From: Octopus bimaculoides
Lineage: Eukaryota
Reading direction: 5' to 3'
NCBI RefSeq assembly: GCF_001194135.2
Contig: NC_068985.1
Coordinates: forward strand, 95,799,341-95,863,340
DNA: 64,000 bases
The notes below the pieces were generated by a model that saw only the letters and a list, made by a program, of their open reading frames with translations, made no database searches and was not told the DNA's origin. The translations under genes were made by a program, and so were the position numbers. Shown one piece after another: positions 49,041-61,970 of the stretch (positions are counted from its first letter, which is position 1; each line of letters opens with the position of its first letter).

Positions 49041-50254
49041 CTTACCACACAACCTAGCTTACCAAAAAAAAAAAAAAAAAACAGCCATAAAACATCTCAA
49101 AGATTATATGTATAAACAGAAAAGGCAGATAAAAAGTAAGGCAAGAGCATACAATAAATGAATGATGTAGCCTTATCTTAACAGCTGTTTCGAATAAACA
49201 CTGACTGGTGCCATAACTATGTATGTAATGACATTTATTATATGTATATAACACAACATGTATGTATATTGTAAAAGAGTTAGTGTTAGGATGGACATCT
49301 AATCTAATCACTGAAACCAAAATTGAAACAAGTAAGATGAGGACATTCCCACCACCCTGGGCCCATCTAGGTGAGCTGTATCCACCAAATATGTGCTGAT
49401 TGATGAATGACCTGTTCAACTCATACTAAAATGGAAAGCTGATGCAAAGTGGTGGTGATGGGAGTGCCAATGGTGATGATGGGAATGATGATGATGATGA
49501 CGATGATATATTACCACCATTCTTAATGTCATTTTATTCATTTAGTGTTTTGATTAGCAGTATGAAAGAAGAAATTGGCTTATTTTAATGTGTTGTATGA
49601 TCTGAAATAACAAAATAAGTTGCTGAATTTCTCATTAAGTAAATTATTTTATATCAACAAAATGAAAGGCTAGATATTTTAACTATATAAACATAATGTG
49701 TTATTAAGTAAACGAGCAGCGAAAATTGGTTAAATAAAACATAGAATAGAAATGAGTTAGTCACTGCCTCTCAGTTGAAAGTAATAAGTCCCAGCTGAAA
49801 TGAATGAGAAGTTAGATGCCTGGTCTCTGATAAGTAGAGAAGCAGATTCCTTGTACCAAATTATTTTTGAGGATTTCATGAGGATCTTTAAAATATTTTT
49901 ATTTGAAAAAAGAAAATTTTAACCTTCTTGCTACCAACCAACCTAAAGCTGCCCAACTGGTTCTAAGACACAAACTTCTTATTTTAAAGTGACATAAATT
50001 AATACTGGCCATCAAAATTTCATGCTCATTTATGTTCTAAACACTAGCTGAATAAATTAATGACAAAGGTATTATATTAAATTCATCATTATTTTCAGTA
50101 TTAATTAAAACAAAATCGGTGTATTTCAGCAGAAATATATTAACGAATGGCTCATTTAGGTTCCAAATAACAGCTTAATAAAATAATCAGAAAGGTATTT
50201 TACTTAATTCATAATTATTTTCAAGATTAACTGACAAAGTCAGTGTTTTGGTTT

Positions 50255-50475
50255 TTTTTCTTTTCTACTCTAGGCACAACACCTGAAATTTTTGGGAAGG
50301 GGGCCCAGTAGATTAGATCAACCCCATTATGCAACTGGTACTTAATTAATCAACCCTGAAAGGATGAAAGGCAAAGTCGACCTCAGCAGAACTTGAACTT
50401 AGAACGTAGCAGCAGAGGAAATACCGCTAAGCATTTTGCCCAGTGTGCTAATGTTTCTGCCAGCTTGCTGCCTTA
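50255..50475 (-). mobile_element. SINE family 2, near full length
   Basis: ttttctactctaggcacaa...ggatgaaaggcaaagtcgacctcagc...aataccgctaagcattttgccc...gccagcttgctgcct. Confidence 0.85.
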
Positions 50476-50869
50476 AATTCAGTGTATTTTACCTGAAGTA
50501 TGGTAATGGTAACAAAAATAGTGAAAACCTAAATGCATTAGACACATACTTGAATGCATTAGACGTACACTTGGATGCATTAGACGCATTAGACGCACAC
50601 TTGGACGCATTAGACACATACTTAGACAGACACACACATTTTATAATTTTTTTAGTACCTCCTTCAACCACCATTTGTTACCAAAATAGTGACAAATTGA
50701 ATCCAAAGAGTAATGACCTGTAATCTCCATAACCCAAACAATATCACTGAGAAATGTTGAACACATTTTAGCTCTAATACAGGGGTCTCCAAAGTGGTCG
50801 ATATCGACCCCCGGGAGTCGATGGGACTATTCAAGGGGTTGATAAATGCCTGGAAACTGCACGTCATTT

Positions 50870-51174
50870 GCTACCAGTTATTGACTTGCTAAGGGGTAGT
50901 AGCAGACTCCATAATATTGTTTCCAGATATTGAACACCGTTTTGCGGTACACATTCAACTGCTTTGTTAAGTCCTTGTTGCTCATTCCAGTTGCAATCTG
51001 GTCGCATTTTGCTTTCAATATCATGTTTGTTTACAAACCTGTTATAGATGAACAAAGCAATAGACACATGAACTAAAGACATATGCGAATCTTTATGTAA
51101 AATGTAGATAATATTACTTGAACTGATATTTAGGAAGAGTTTTCAACATGGAAAAATCTTTCTGGGACACCCTG
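50870..51174 (-). mobile_element. 5' end of a Tc1/mariner (maT-like) transposon with a truncated HTH
   Basis: TA|cagggtgtccc terminus at 51174. ATG at 51024 gives MILKAKCDQIATGMSNKDLTKQLNVYRKTVFNIWKQY, an HTH-like segment. Confidence 0.6.
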
Positions 51175-53684
51175 TACTTTACAAATTGGCTCTCATTTGC
51201 ACAGTAGCTCCAATTTTGGAGTAAACCCTGCTGAAGTTATGTAGGAGGGTTATGAGCTAAACTCCAATCTGTCACCAAGTAACTAGTTTGTGACATCCAG
51301 TAAGGATTATGTTATTTTAACCTCTCAACACAATAAACATTCTTCAGTCCCATAATTGCTTTAAACTATACACTCCCTTTCTGCTAGTCCAGACTTTAAG
51401 GTTTAACATACACATCAAACAATTGTTCCTTTGAATATCATTGTTTCTCCGATATTTTAGGTCATTGGCATCTTGTGCCCACTTTTTTTTCTTTTTGTTT
51501 TTCATACTTGCATGGGTTGGACAGACCTCAGTATCTTGTCAATCTTTACTCTGGTATGTCTCATGACAATAATTTCATAGATCTAAGAGTCATACATCAG
51601 ATCATGAGCCAATGTCCCAGTTCATAGCTCAATATATGAAGTTAAAAACAGTAAACAGAAATGTGGCCATGACGAAGATATTTTTTTTTTAATTGTTGGC
51701 TTTGTTGTAACCTTTTCATAAAATACAGTCATTGTCACAATTAATTTTGAAAATAATGATGAAGTTAATAGAATGACTAATGTATTTTTCTAACTCATTA
51801 GTGCCCAAATTTAATTTTATTACCAAAAAATTTTTTATATAACTTTATTTCATACTAAATATATAAAAAAAATTTTTATTACAATATTTGAAAGGCACTC
51901 CAAAGATATCTCAGAAAAATACAGGTTACAGAAATATGATGGATTATCCTTCTGGTCCTAAAAAAAGGACCATGGGCACTAGCTGGTGTTTGGAACATAA
52001 ATTAACGTAGTTGACGTTAGGAAGAGCATCCAGCTGTAGAAACTCTGCCAAATCAGATTGGAGCCTGGTGTAGCCATCTGGTTCGCCAGTCCTCAGTCAA
52101 ATTGTCCAACCCATGATAGCATGGAAAGCAGACATTAAATGATGATGATGATGTTTCAATGAAAAGCTTTACCCTTTTGTTATCATATTTATGCTGAAGT
52201 GAAAAGCCTTTGTTTTAATTAATTTTGAAAATTAACGAATTTAGTAAAATAAGTTACCATACTGAATGCACACAGTGGGACTGAACCCAAAACCATGTGG
52301 TTTTGAATCAAACTTCTTACCAGACAGCCAAGCTTGCGCCAATGTACAAATATACATTATATATTATAGGCTTCTTTCAGTTTCCATCTAGGAAATCCAC
52401 TCACAAAGCTTTGGCCAGCTAGGGACTGTAATAGAGTACACATGCCCAGGGTTGGACTGAACCTGAAACCTATGTGTTTGGTAAGCAAACCTCAAAATAA
52501 TACAGCCATGCCTGCATCTATATTTTTCAGACAAACCCCGTTGTCTCCTCAGGAGAAATTCAACTGCACTAATTGGTGCAGTACAATTAAAAATAAATAA
52601 CTACGTAAAGAAGATTAATAATAGCAATCATGACAGGGTTTACCTTGGTTGAAGAAAGTTATGATCGAAGGCATTCTGAACATGACCATCCCATCCCATC
52701 TTTTTCCGTAAATGCCAAGAACTGAGGACCACTTTATCCAATATGTTCCACTCTAATATGATGGAGTGAGATTTGAGAGATTTTGGCTGCTATTTCTAGC
52801 AGATCAAGTGACCATGTAAAGACACTCAATGTTATTCTGAAATGTTAGCCAACACAATGAACGAAGGAATAAAATTTTAAAAGTTAAAAACAAAAAAATT
52901 TTTTTTTTAATGAAATTTCAAATATGATAAGGACTAAGTCTCTTGGATTAAATTACCAAATAAATAGAAACCAATTAAAAAGAGTAAATCTTTTATGTGA
53001 AATTTTCAATTATTCCCCACCCACCCGTTCGCCCCCACCTCACACACACACCTACTGTTTTGTTAACGCCACATGTAACAGACAAGATAGCAGGCTAAAA
53101 CTCAACAATTTTCTTTGTATCAACACCAGTAGCTGGGTTGACAAAATATCTTGATAACAGCACAACTGTCAAGCCACTCCATCCCACACTGCAATGACTG
53201 GCCCCACCCCTTTTACATGTTTTTCTTCTAATATCCAGAAGCTTAAAATGGGTCACATACACAAAACGTTATCTTTTTATCATCACCATCATTGTAATTA
53301 TTTTTACATCCGCTTTCGCTTTTTTTCTTAGGGTTAAATGAAACTTACTAATGTGGTTAGTATTCTATGGCTGGATGCCCTCGTTAGGGGCCAGTCGTTT
53401 ATTTTATTCCACAAGTCTTTGCACCCTGAAACTGCTGAGATGCAAGACATTGAGATAGATGTAAACAATGTGCTAATGTTGCTCAGACAACGTCATTGAG
53501 AAGACATACAGTTATATATGCATACATACACGCATGCAAATATATCCATGCATACATATGCATGCGAACATATGTGCATAGATATGCAGGCATACATATG
53601 CACATATGCATAAAAGCATGCTTTTATGCATGTGCATATCCACACAAACATATGCACGCAAATATGTGCACATACCTTATCTTT

Positions 53685-53985
53685 TACTTGTTTTAGTCGT
53701 TAGATTGTGGCCATACTAGAGCAACACCTTGAACTGATCACAGTACTTTTTTTTAAGCCTGGTACTTATTCAATCAGTCCCTTTTTGCAAACCACTATGT
53801 CATGGGGGTGTAAACACCCCAACACCAGTTGTCAAGTGGTGGTGGGACAGACACAGACACACGACAGGCTTCTTTCAGTTTCCATTTACCAAATCCTCAC
53901 AAGGCTGTAGTAGAAGACACTCGCCCAGTGGGACTGAACCTAGAACCATGTGGTTGGGAAACAAGCTCCTATCCACACAGCCACA
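53685..53985 (-). mobile_element. SINE family 1 copy. Further copies or fragments at about 40525-40680, 52265-52520, 56585-56935, 57790-57995 and 63170-63580
   Basis: Shared head, body and tail motifs. Confidence 0.78.
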
Positions 53986-54534
53986 CATGCGTCTACGCAT
54001 ACTAATATAGGCACACTTATGCATACAAACGCATACACAGATATGCCTGCATACATATGCATAGACACACACACGCACACACATACATATACACACATAC
54101 ACACGCTATAGGTTTCTTGACAGTTTCATTTGTCAAAGCCCAAAGCATGTCAGGCTGACGTTTCTGTGAAAACACAAACACCCAAAATGTCACAGACTGA
54201 CTTCCCAATGTTAATTGAACTAATTCATTACATAACTGTAAACATCAACAGACACAAGTACCGTGAGCCAATGGTGTCTGCATAAGGTCACTCAACCTGC
54301 TAGAAATAGCAACTAAATCTACCTTAGATTACACCTTACTGCTTAAATCTAGAAAGGACACATTGCATAGCGGTGTCTCGTGGACAGAAAGACATGATGA
54401 TTACAATTGGAACTATTTCCCCACCCCACCTCATCCCACCCCCAGATTAGCTTAAGGCTGGCTTGAGGCCAAACAACCACATCAATAGCCACCAATTTTT
54501 CTCCAATATTATAATTTTAAAATACAAAGGAATA

Positions 54535-55145
54535 TACATTGGTTTTAAATTTTGGCACAATCCTGCAATTTCTAGGGGAGGGTGGGGAGTCGATTACATC
54601 AACCCCAGTATTCAACTGGTACTTTTCTAATTGACCCCAAATGGATGAATGGCAAAGTTGACCTCAGCAGAATTTGAAAACAGAACATAAATACTGAGGA
54701 AACAGAGCTAAGAATTTTGTCCAATATGTTAATGATTCTATCAGCTTGACGCATTTACAAGATAATATATTCCTTTCTACTCTAGGCACAAGGTCCGAAA
54801 TTTTGGGGGAGGGGGCCAGTTGATTAGATCAACCCCAGTATGCAACTGGTACTTAATTTATCGACACCGAAAGGATGAAAGGCAAAGCCGACCTCAGCTG
54901 AATTTGAACTCAGAACATAAAGACAGATGAAAACCGCTGACGATTCTTTTCTACTACAGGTACAAGGCCCGAAATTTGGGAGGATGAGGTACCCGTTGAT
55001 TAGTTGACCCCAGTACACAACTGGTACTTTATCAAGTCCGAAAGGATGAAAGGCAAAGCCGACCTCAGCGGAATTTGAACTCAAAATGTGAAAGCAAACA
55101 AAATACCACTAAGAATTTAACCCAGTGTGCTAACGTTTCTGCCAG
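54535..55145 (-). mobile_element. Head-to-tail trimer of SINE family 2
   Basis: The core recurs at about 54640, 54870 and 55040. Confidence 0.85.
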
Positions 55146-55540
55146 TAATATATTGAGACAACAAACACATGGGTCACAAGATTTTAATTTGTAACAGCAG
55201 ACCACATGAGTCCTTATTCATTTCTAGCTATAATCCGAACTTTTTATAGTTATTACCAACACTTATCAAGTAACACATCACAGTGATGGCTGAAATTTGT
55301 ATCATTAGATATATCACATTACAAATATCAGGTTATGGAAAATCTGCTAGACTGTCATTCACTAATTAAATGACTACACTGACAACAAAAATACTATTAT
55401 GCAAATCAGACTAAACAGTTTAGGGAAGCCATAACACATTATGACTATATACCTATAAATTAAGTACATATAGGCACGTAGAGATATGTACATATGCATG
55501 CATATATACATGCATATATATATGTGCATATACACATATA

Positions 55541-55895
55541 TATTCTTTTATTTGTTTCAGTCATTTGACTGCGGCCTTGCTGGAGCACTGCCTTTAGTCA
55601 AACAAACTGACCCCAAACAGACTGACCCCAGGACTTATTCTTTGTAAGCCTAATACACACACACACACACACACACACGCGCGTGCACATGCATATATAT
55701 GTATGTATATCTGTGTTTGTGCTTGCCGCCCCCGTTGCTTGACAACCTGTGCTGGTGTTTTTACATTCCCATAACTTAGTTTGGCAAAAGGGACCACTAG
55801 AATAAGCACTGGGTTTGATGCATTCAACCAAAAATTCTTCAAGGCGGTGCCCCAGCATGGCCGCAGTCTAACAGCTGAAATAAGTTTAAAAAATA
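55541..55895. mobile_element. Two SINE 1 3' segments in inverted orientation
   Basis: ttatttgtttcagtcatttgactgcggccttgctggagcactgcctt on the left and aaggcggtgccccagcatggccgcagtc on the right. Confidence 0.7.
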
Positions 55896-57097
55896 GAAGA
55901 TATGTTACAATACATTTTAGATTATGAAGCATTTACTCTTTAATTAATTCAACTGCTTGTTACACATCAGGCCATTAAAAGAATAATTTAATGAACATTG
56001 TATGTAGTATGAATAATTATCCAAACATCATGGTGTAGTTCATTGGTTAATAGCTCAGGGAAACAACAACAACCACTACCACAACAACAACAACACCACA
56101 TTCATTGACAGAAAGTGTGAATGAATGAGAAAGAAACAAATTTAAATAGAGTCACAATTAAAGATTATGTTAGAAAATTTAAGTAAAGTTAATATAAGCA
56201 TGACATTACAAGGAGTCACAGAAAATGTCATGAAAGGCCACGAGTAGTCGTGCCCGCTCAACACAGCCACATGATTTACTAGAAACAGCAGTCAAATCTC
56301 TTTTGAAACCATACCCTTCTATATTCGAAACGAGGACATATTGGGTGTAACACATGATCTATTAGACTATGAACAGGATGGTTACACCTGGAAGGCTTCT
56401 TTTGATTATCAACACCAAAGGGAAAATATTTTTGCAATATGTTCATATTTACAAGCTAAAAATAGCACCTCTACATAGTCACTCAACCTGCTAAAAATAG
56501 CAGCTAAATTCTCTCAAATCACAATTATCTTTAAAAAAAAACAAAAAAAAGAGTACTTTGGACAAATTAGTCAAATATAACATACAGCTATGTGGTTAAG
56601 AAGCTGACTTTATAACCAAATGGTTTTAAGTTCAATCCCACCTTGGGGTAAGTCTCCTATCATAAGCCTGGACCAACCAATACTGTGGAAGTGAATTTAC
56701 CAGATGGAAACTATGTGGAAGACCCTTGTGCATGTGTGTGTCACTTACTGCTTGGAAACTAGTATGGGTTTGTTTATATCCCCTTAACTGGTTGGAAAAA
56801 AATAGAGAATAAGTACCAGGCTATATAAAAACAAAACAAAAAATGTACTGGGGTCGATTTGTTATACTAAAAGCCTTCAAGGCAGTACTCCAGTCTGGTC
56901 GCAGCCAAATAACTGAAACAAGTAAAAGGATGACGAAAGAAGACATTATATATTTATTTAGAAATGAGTTTGGAGGGATATCTTATCAGGGCGGTTACTG
57001 TGTTGGCTCTCAGTTGACAGCTAACCACAATGGCCAGTCCCCACATGTAGGTTATTATGATACGCTATATGTAACTACAAAATAGATTTTGTAGATT

Positions 57098-57150
<53 letters not shown>

Positions 57151-58451
57151 ATACCAGTGTGTGTGTATATATATATATATATTTAAATATAAAGGATAGC
57201 CAAGATGTAACGTCTTTGATCCTAGATCTGCTCTGTCAGGATTGACCTGGGGTTAAACAGCAACAATATTTCGATGTTTTATCAAAAAAAAATATGAAGA
57301 AGGTAGGGGGGAAGGTGGGGGGGGGGAATAAATTTTGTCTTAAAATGTCAGGATCGAGTTGCAACCTAAAGAGAAGGTAATCAAGTGCATAATTCTAATG
57401 AGATTAATGACAGCAAAACTAAAAGGTCAAGATTAATAACATTAACATACATAAGAGAAAGGGCAGGTGGTGGTGGTGTTATTGTTCAACTATGGGTAAG
57501 CTCTGGGTTAGAAAATATTCCAACCACGACCACCCTATCTTTTTCCTGTGTGCAGGGAATCTACAATAGAAAACAATCCATTGTATTCTTTGCCAAGACA
57601 GTGGAGTGTGATATTAGATGGAGATCGGCTGTTATTTTTCACATGTTCTGTGACCATGTAAGGCGTAGTTAGTGTAAGGCTAAACTGATTCAGTACTTTA
57701 CTATACCATTTGTTTAACCCTTAGAGGCCGAAAAGTTAAATGAAGAACATTGTATTGGTTCATTCAATTTCCTACAAGGATATATATAGTTTCGGTAAGT
57801 AGCTTGCCTACCAACCATATGGTTCCGGGTTCAGTCCCACTACATGGCACCTTGGGCAAGTGTCTTCTAGTATAGCCTCAAGCCGACCAAAGCTTTGTGA
57901 GTGAATTTGGTAGACGGAAACTGAAAGAAGCCCGTCATGTGTGTGTGTGTGTCCAACATCGCTTGACAACCGATGCTGGTGTGTTTGCGTCCCCGTAGTC
58001 ACATTCAGCCCAAACATTCTACCTATTTTATGTTCAAACCGACCACAACTGGCCTCTCACACCTTCCCTACAATGTCAGTCTAAAAAGCAAATAAACACG
58101 ATCTCAATGATCTGATTAATTTAGAACAAAAGCTTAGTGTAGTCTTTTGACTTGCCTGTTCCTGTCAGGCTGTCCTACCCATTCCAGCAAGGAAACATTA
58201 AATGATGATGATGTTGATGATGGTGATGACGATATTTGACAGAATGATTTGAATGCCAAACGTTTAATCCTTTTCATGTGCCAACCCATTTGAAATGGCC
58301 TCCGTTCTGTGATACAAACTTCCTGTTTTTATGTTATCTTAATTAAAACCCGCCATCAGAGTTCCATATTAGTCTACGTTCCAAACAACAGTTTAACCCT
58401 TTCAACCCAGAATTTTTTCTCATGATTTGGATGCATTTTCTCTAAAATTTT

Positions 58452-58860
58452 GGTGTGGCTGTGTGGTAAGTAGCTTGCTTACCAACCACATGGTTCTGGG
58501 TTCAATCCCACTGCGTAGCACCTTGGGCAAGTGTCTTCTACTATAACCTCGGGCCAATCAAAGCCTTGTGAGTGGATTTGGTAGACGGAAACTGAAAGAA
58601 GCCTGTCGTATGTATGTGTATGTATATATATATATATCTATATATATGTATGTATGTATGTATGTGTGTGTGTTTGTCTCCGCCCCCAACATCGCTTGAC
58701 AACCGATGGTGGTGTGTCCCCATAACTTAGCGGTTCGGCAAAAGAGACCGATAGAATAAGTATTAGGCTTACGAAGAATAAGTCCTGGGGTCGATTTGCT
58801 CGACTAAAGGCAGTGCTCCAGCATGGCCGCAGTCAAATGACTGAAACAAGAGTAAAGAGT
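58452..58860 (+). mobile_element. SINE family 1, near full length
   Basis: A/B boxes, internal (TA)n and intact tail. Confidence 0.9.
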
Positions 58861-60316
58861 AAATGCTTATTAGACCGTTTATGACGGTGCCAATTATGTA
58901 GACACTATTTTTAGTTTGGTACATATTTGTACCATTTGGGTTTTCTAATCTACCATGCATGTACCATTGGATTTAGATGAAGTACCATGTATGTACCAGT
59001 TGTATCAAAATACTTCAGTGAATCTTGCAAAAAAATGGTAAATTCCAAGTATTAGGGAGTAATATGAAGGTTGGTTGAAAAAATTGTATGTTTGATTCAC
59101 AACAAAAAGAAGTTTCTCTATAGAACAGTTTTATAACAACTGGCACAATCTTAGCTATACACCAAACTACAATGGTACGACTGTACCTCGGCAAAATTAT
59201 TCACTTTTAGAAATATGTATTGCAACATTGTTGCAAGAATATTACTATCCAATACTTATAAATTATACACAATATCATCATCGTCGTTTAATTTCCGCTT
59301 TCCATGCTGACATGGGTTGGACGGTTTGACTGAGGACTGGCGAGCCAGAAGGCTGCACCAGGCTCCAATCTGATCCAGCAAAGTTTCTACAGCTTCCTAA
59401 CGCCAACCACTCAGAGTGTAGTAGGTGCTTTTACGTGCCACCGGCACGAAGGCCAGTCAGGTGGTTCTGGCAACAACCACGCTCAAAAGGTGTTTTTTAT
59501 GTTCTACCTGCATGGGAGCCAGTCCGGCAGCACTGGCAACGACCATGCTCAAATGTTTTTCACGTGTCACCAGCACATGCACCAGTAAGGCAACGCTAGC
59601 AACGATCGTGCTTGAATGGTGCTTTTTACGTGCCACTGGCATGGGAGCCAATCAGCGGCCCTGGCAACAATGCCGCTTGGATGGTGCTTTTAATGTTGTT
59701 TATGATTAATACGTTTATAGTAAAAAAACAAATGTTATAAATAATTTAACAAAACACGAAAACCAATAATAAACACTTAAAAGTAGTCGGTAATGGCGGT
59801 GGGGGGGGAGAGATTGTATGCATGCAAGCCCTTGGAGCTGTCATTACAGTGTCGTGCACTCCGATCATATGTCTGGCACTACATACTTACCAGAAAAACT
59901 GGAGCAGTACTTAACTGCATCAGATAGAATGGGAATTTGGGTTGTAAAGTTTTTGACTGAAAGGGTTAAGAGCGAAGTTATTTTATTAAATTTTTCATAA
60001 TTTTAAAAATTAACTGAAACAAAAGCAGCGTATTTCTACGGAGATTTGGTAACAAAAGCGTAACCCATTCTTCACCATAATTTTGTTGAAATAGGTTTTC
60101 TCAATGTCATATGTAAACAAGTTTGTTTACATATGCAGTAATCTTTCTGACATCTAGCATTTCTGGATGACTTTATAACTTCTAAAATTACAGAAGAATT
60201 TGTTGTTCAACAGTTTAGCTTAAAGGTAGAGCACTCTAACTGGATATTAGAGGGCTGTGAGTTCAATTCTCATGGCTGGTTGCTGACAATTTTTTCTGCT
60301 CTTAAAAGGATTTTAT

Positions 60317-60319
<3 letters not shown>

Positions 60320-60358
<39 letters not shown>

Positions 60359-60875
60359 NNNNNNNNNNNNNNNNNNNNNNNNNNNNNNNNNNNNNNNNNN
60401 NNNNNNNNNNNNNNNNNNNNNNNNNNNNNNNNNNNNNNNNNNNNNNNNNNNNNNNNNNNNNNNNNNNNNNNNNNNNNNNNNNNNNNNNNNNNNNNNNNNN
60501 NNNNNNNNNNNNNNNNNNNNNNNNNNNNNNNNNNNNNNNNNNNNNNNNNNNNNNNNNNNNNNNNNNNNNNNNNNNNNNNNNNNNNNNNNNNNNNNNNNNN
60601 NNNNNNNNNNNNNNNNNNNNNNNNNNNNNNNNNNNNNNNNNNNNNNNNNNNNNNNNNNNNNNNNNNNNNNNNNNNNNNNNNNNNNNNNNNNNNNNNNNNN
60701 NNNNNNNNNNNNNNNNNNNNNNNNNNNNNNNNNNNNNNNNNNNNNNNNNNNNNNNNNNNNNNNNNNNNNNNNNNNNNNNNTGTGTGTCTGTGTGTGTGTG
60801 TGTCTGTGTGTGTGTGTGTCTGTGTGTGTGTGTGTCTGTGTGTGTGTGTGTCTGTGTGTGTGTGTGTGTGTGTGC
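60320..60875. repeat. (TA)n and (TG/TCTG)n microsatellites flanking a gap. Other long microsatellites at 42503-42550, 44582-44628, 47363-47432 and 57105-57180
   Basis: Read directly from the sequence. Confidence 0.95.
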
Positions 60876-61740
60876 AACATAGATAACAGGAAGGCACTGC
60901 CCAAATTAAGTGGGGAGATTTCTAATAATGGGTTGAAAATTTGTGAAACAGGATTTATATCTGGTCAAATGGTGGTGAGAAAGACAGATAGATATATGGT
61001 TGTGGCTACAAATGAGTGTTTAAAAATAGAAACACACACAGCTAGGGAAAGGCAGTAACTTAGGTAAAAATATGCTGCTTTGAGTTGTTCATGTCTGCAT
61101 TTGAACATTTATAGGTCTACATCATTCCCCTCTTCATAAAACAACACCAACACAACATACTCTGACATCATAGCAATGCTTTATCAAACCAACAGACAGA
61201 AGTAGTTAGATTATCATTCTATAAAGTAGTAATGTTCTGCATAAGAACAAGATGTAATACGTCCATCATAAAGTATGTCATCGACACAGGATATCCTTTA
61301 CTTCAAATAGGATAGGTAATAAAAGAAACTACTTCTGTCGTTTTAGATTTTTCACATAAAACCATCATCTGTTGTTGTTTTTAACCTTTTAGCATTTAAA
61401 CTGGCTGTATCCAGTTCAAATACTCTTTAATTATTCAAACTGCATCTCACACCTAAGGAATTTCTGCAACTCATTTCAGAACAAATATCCCAAGAAACTT
61501 TGAAAAATCACCAGTATTTGAGTCTTTTTGTAGTAGATCATATCTTTTGGTGATATACATTAATGAAAGATATACACATGCATAGATATCTTTGGTTACC
61601 TGAAGCTAAAGTATAAGATGCTTGTTTATGGTGTTATGCCAAGGGAATGAATCTGGAATCATTGTTGGAAGCTTTGTTTCCACATTTCAGACAAAAAAAC
61701 TCTTGTAAATGATTCTATTATTGAGAACAGAGAGAATATT

Positions 61741-61970
61741 TCTTTACTGCCCACAGGGGGCTAAACATAGAGGGGACAAACAAGGACAGACAAAGGGATT
61801 AAGTCGATTACATCGACACCAGTGCATAACTGGTACTTATCTAATCGACCCCAAAAGGATGAAAGGCAAAGTCGACCTCAGCGGAATTTGAACTTGGAAC
61901 ATAACAGCAGATGAAATACCGCTAAGTATTTCACCTAGTGTGCTGACGAACCTGCCAGCTCGCCACCCTA
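61741..61970 (-). mobile_element. SINE family 2 variant with a different 3' region and a 15-bp TSD
   Basis: TSD aacagagagaatatt at 61726-61740 and 61971-61985. The 3' region ctttactgcccacagggggctaaacatagagggg differs from other copies. Confidence 0.85.

Noticed and set aside
49165-49200. GAAACAGCTGTT half-hammerhead on the minus strand
   Set aside because: No CUGANGA core found upstream; at most a fragment.
50530-50630. Short tandem tgcattagacgcacacttgga repeats
   Set aside because: Low-copy minisatellite, possibly a transposon subterminal array; no further structure can be supported.
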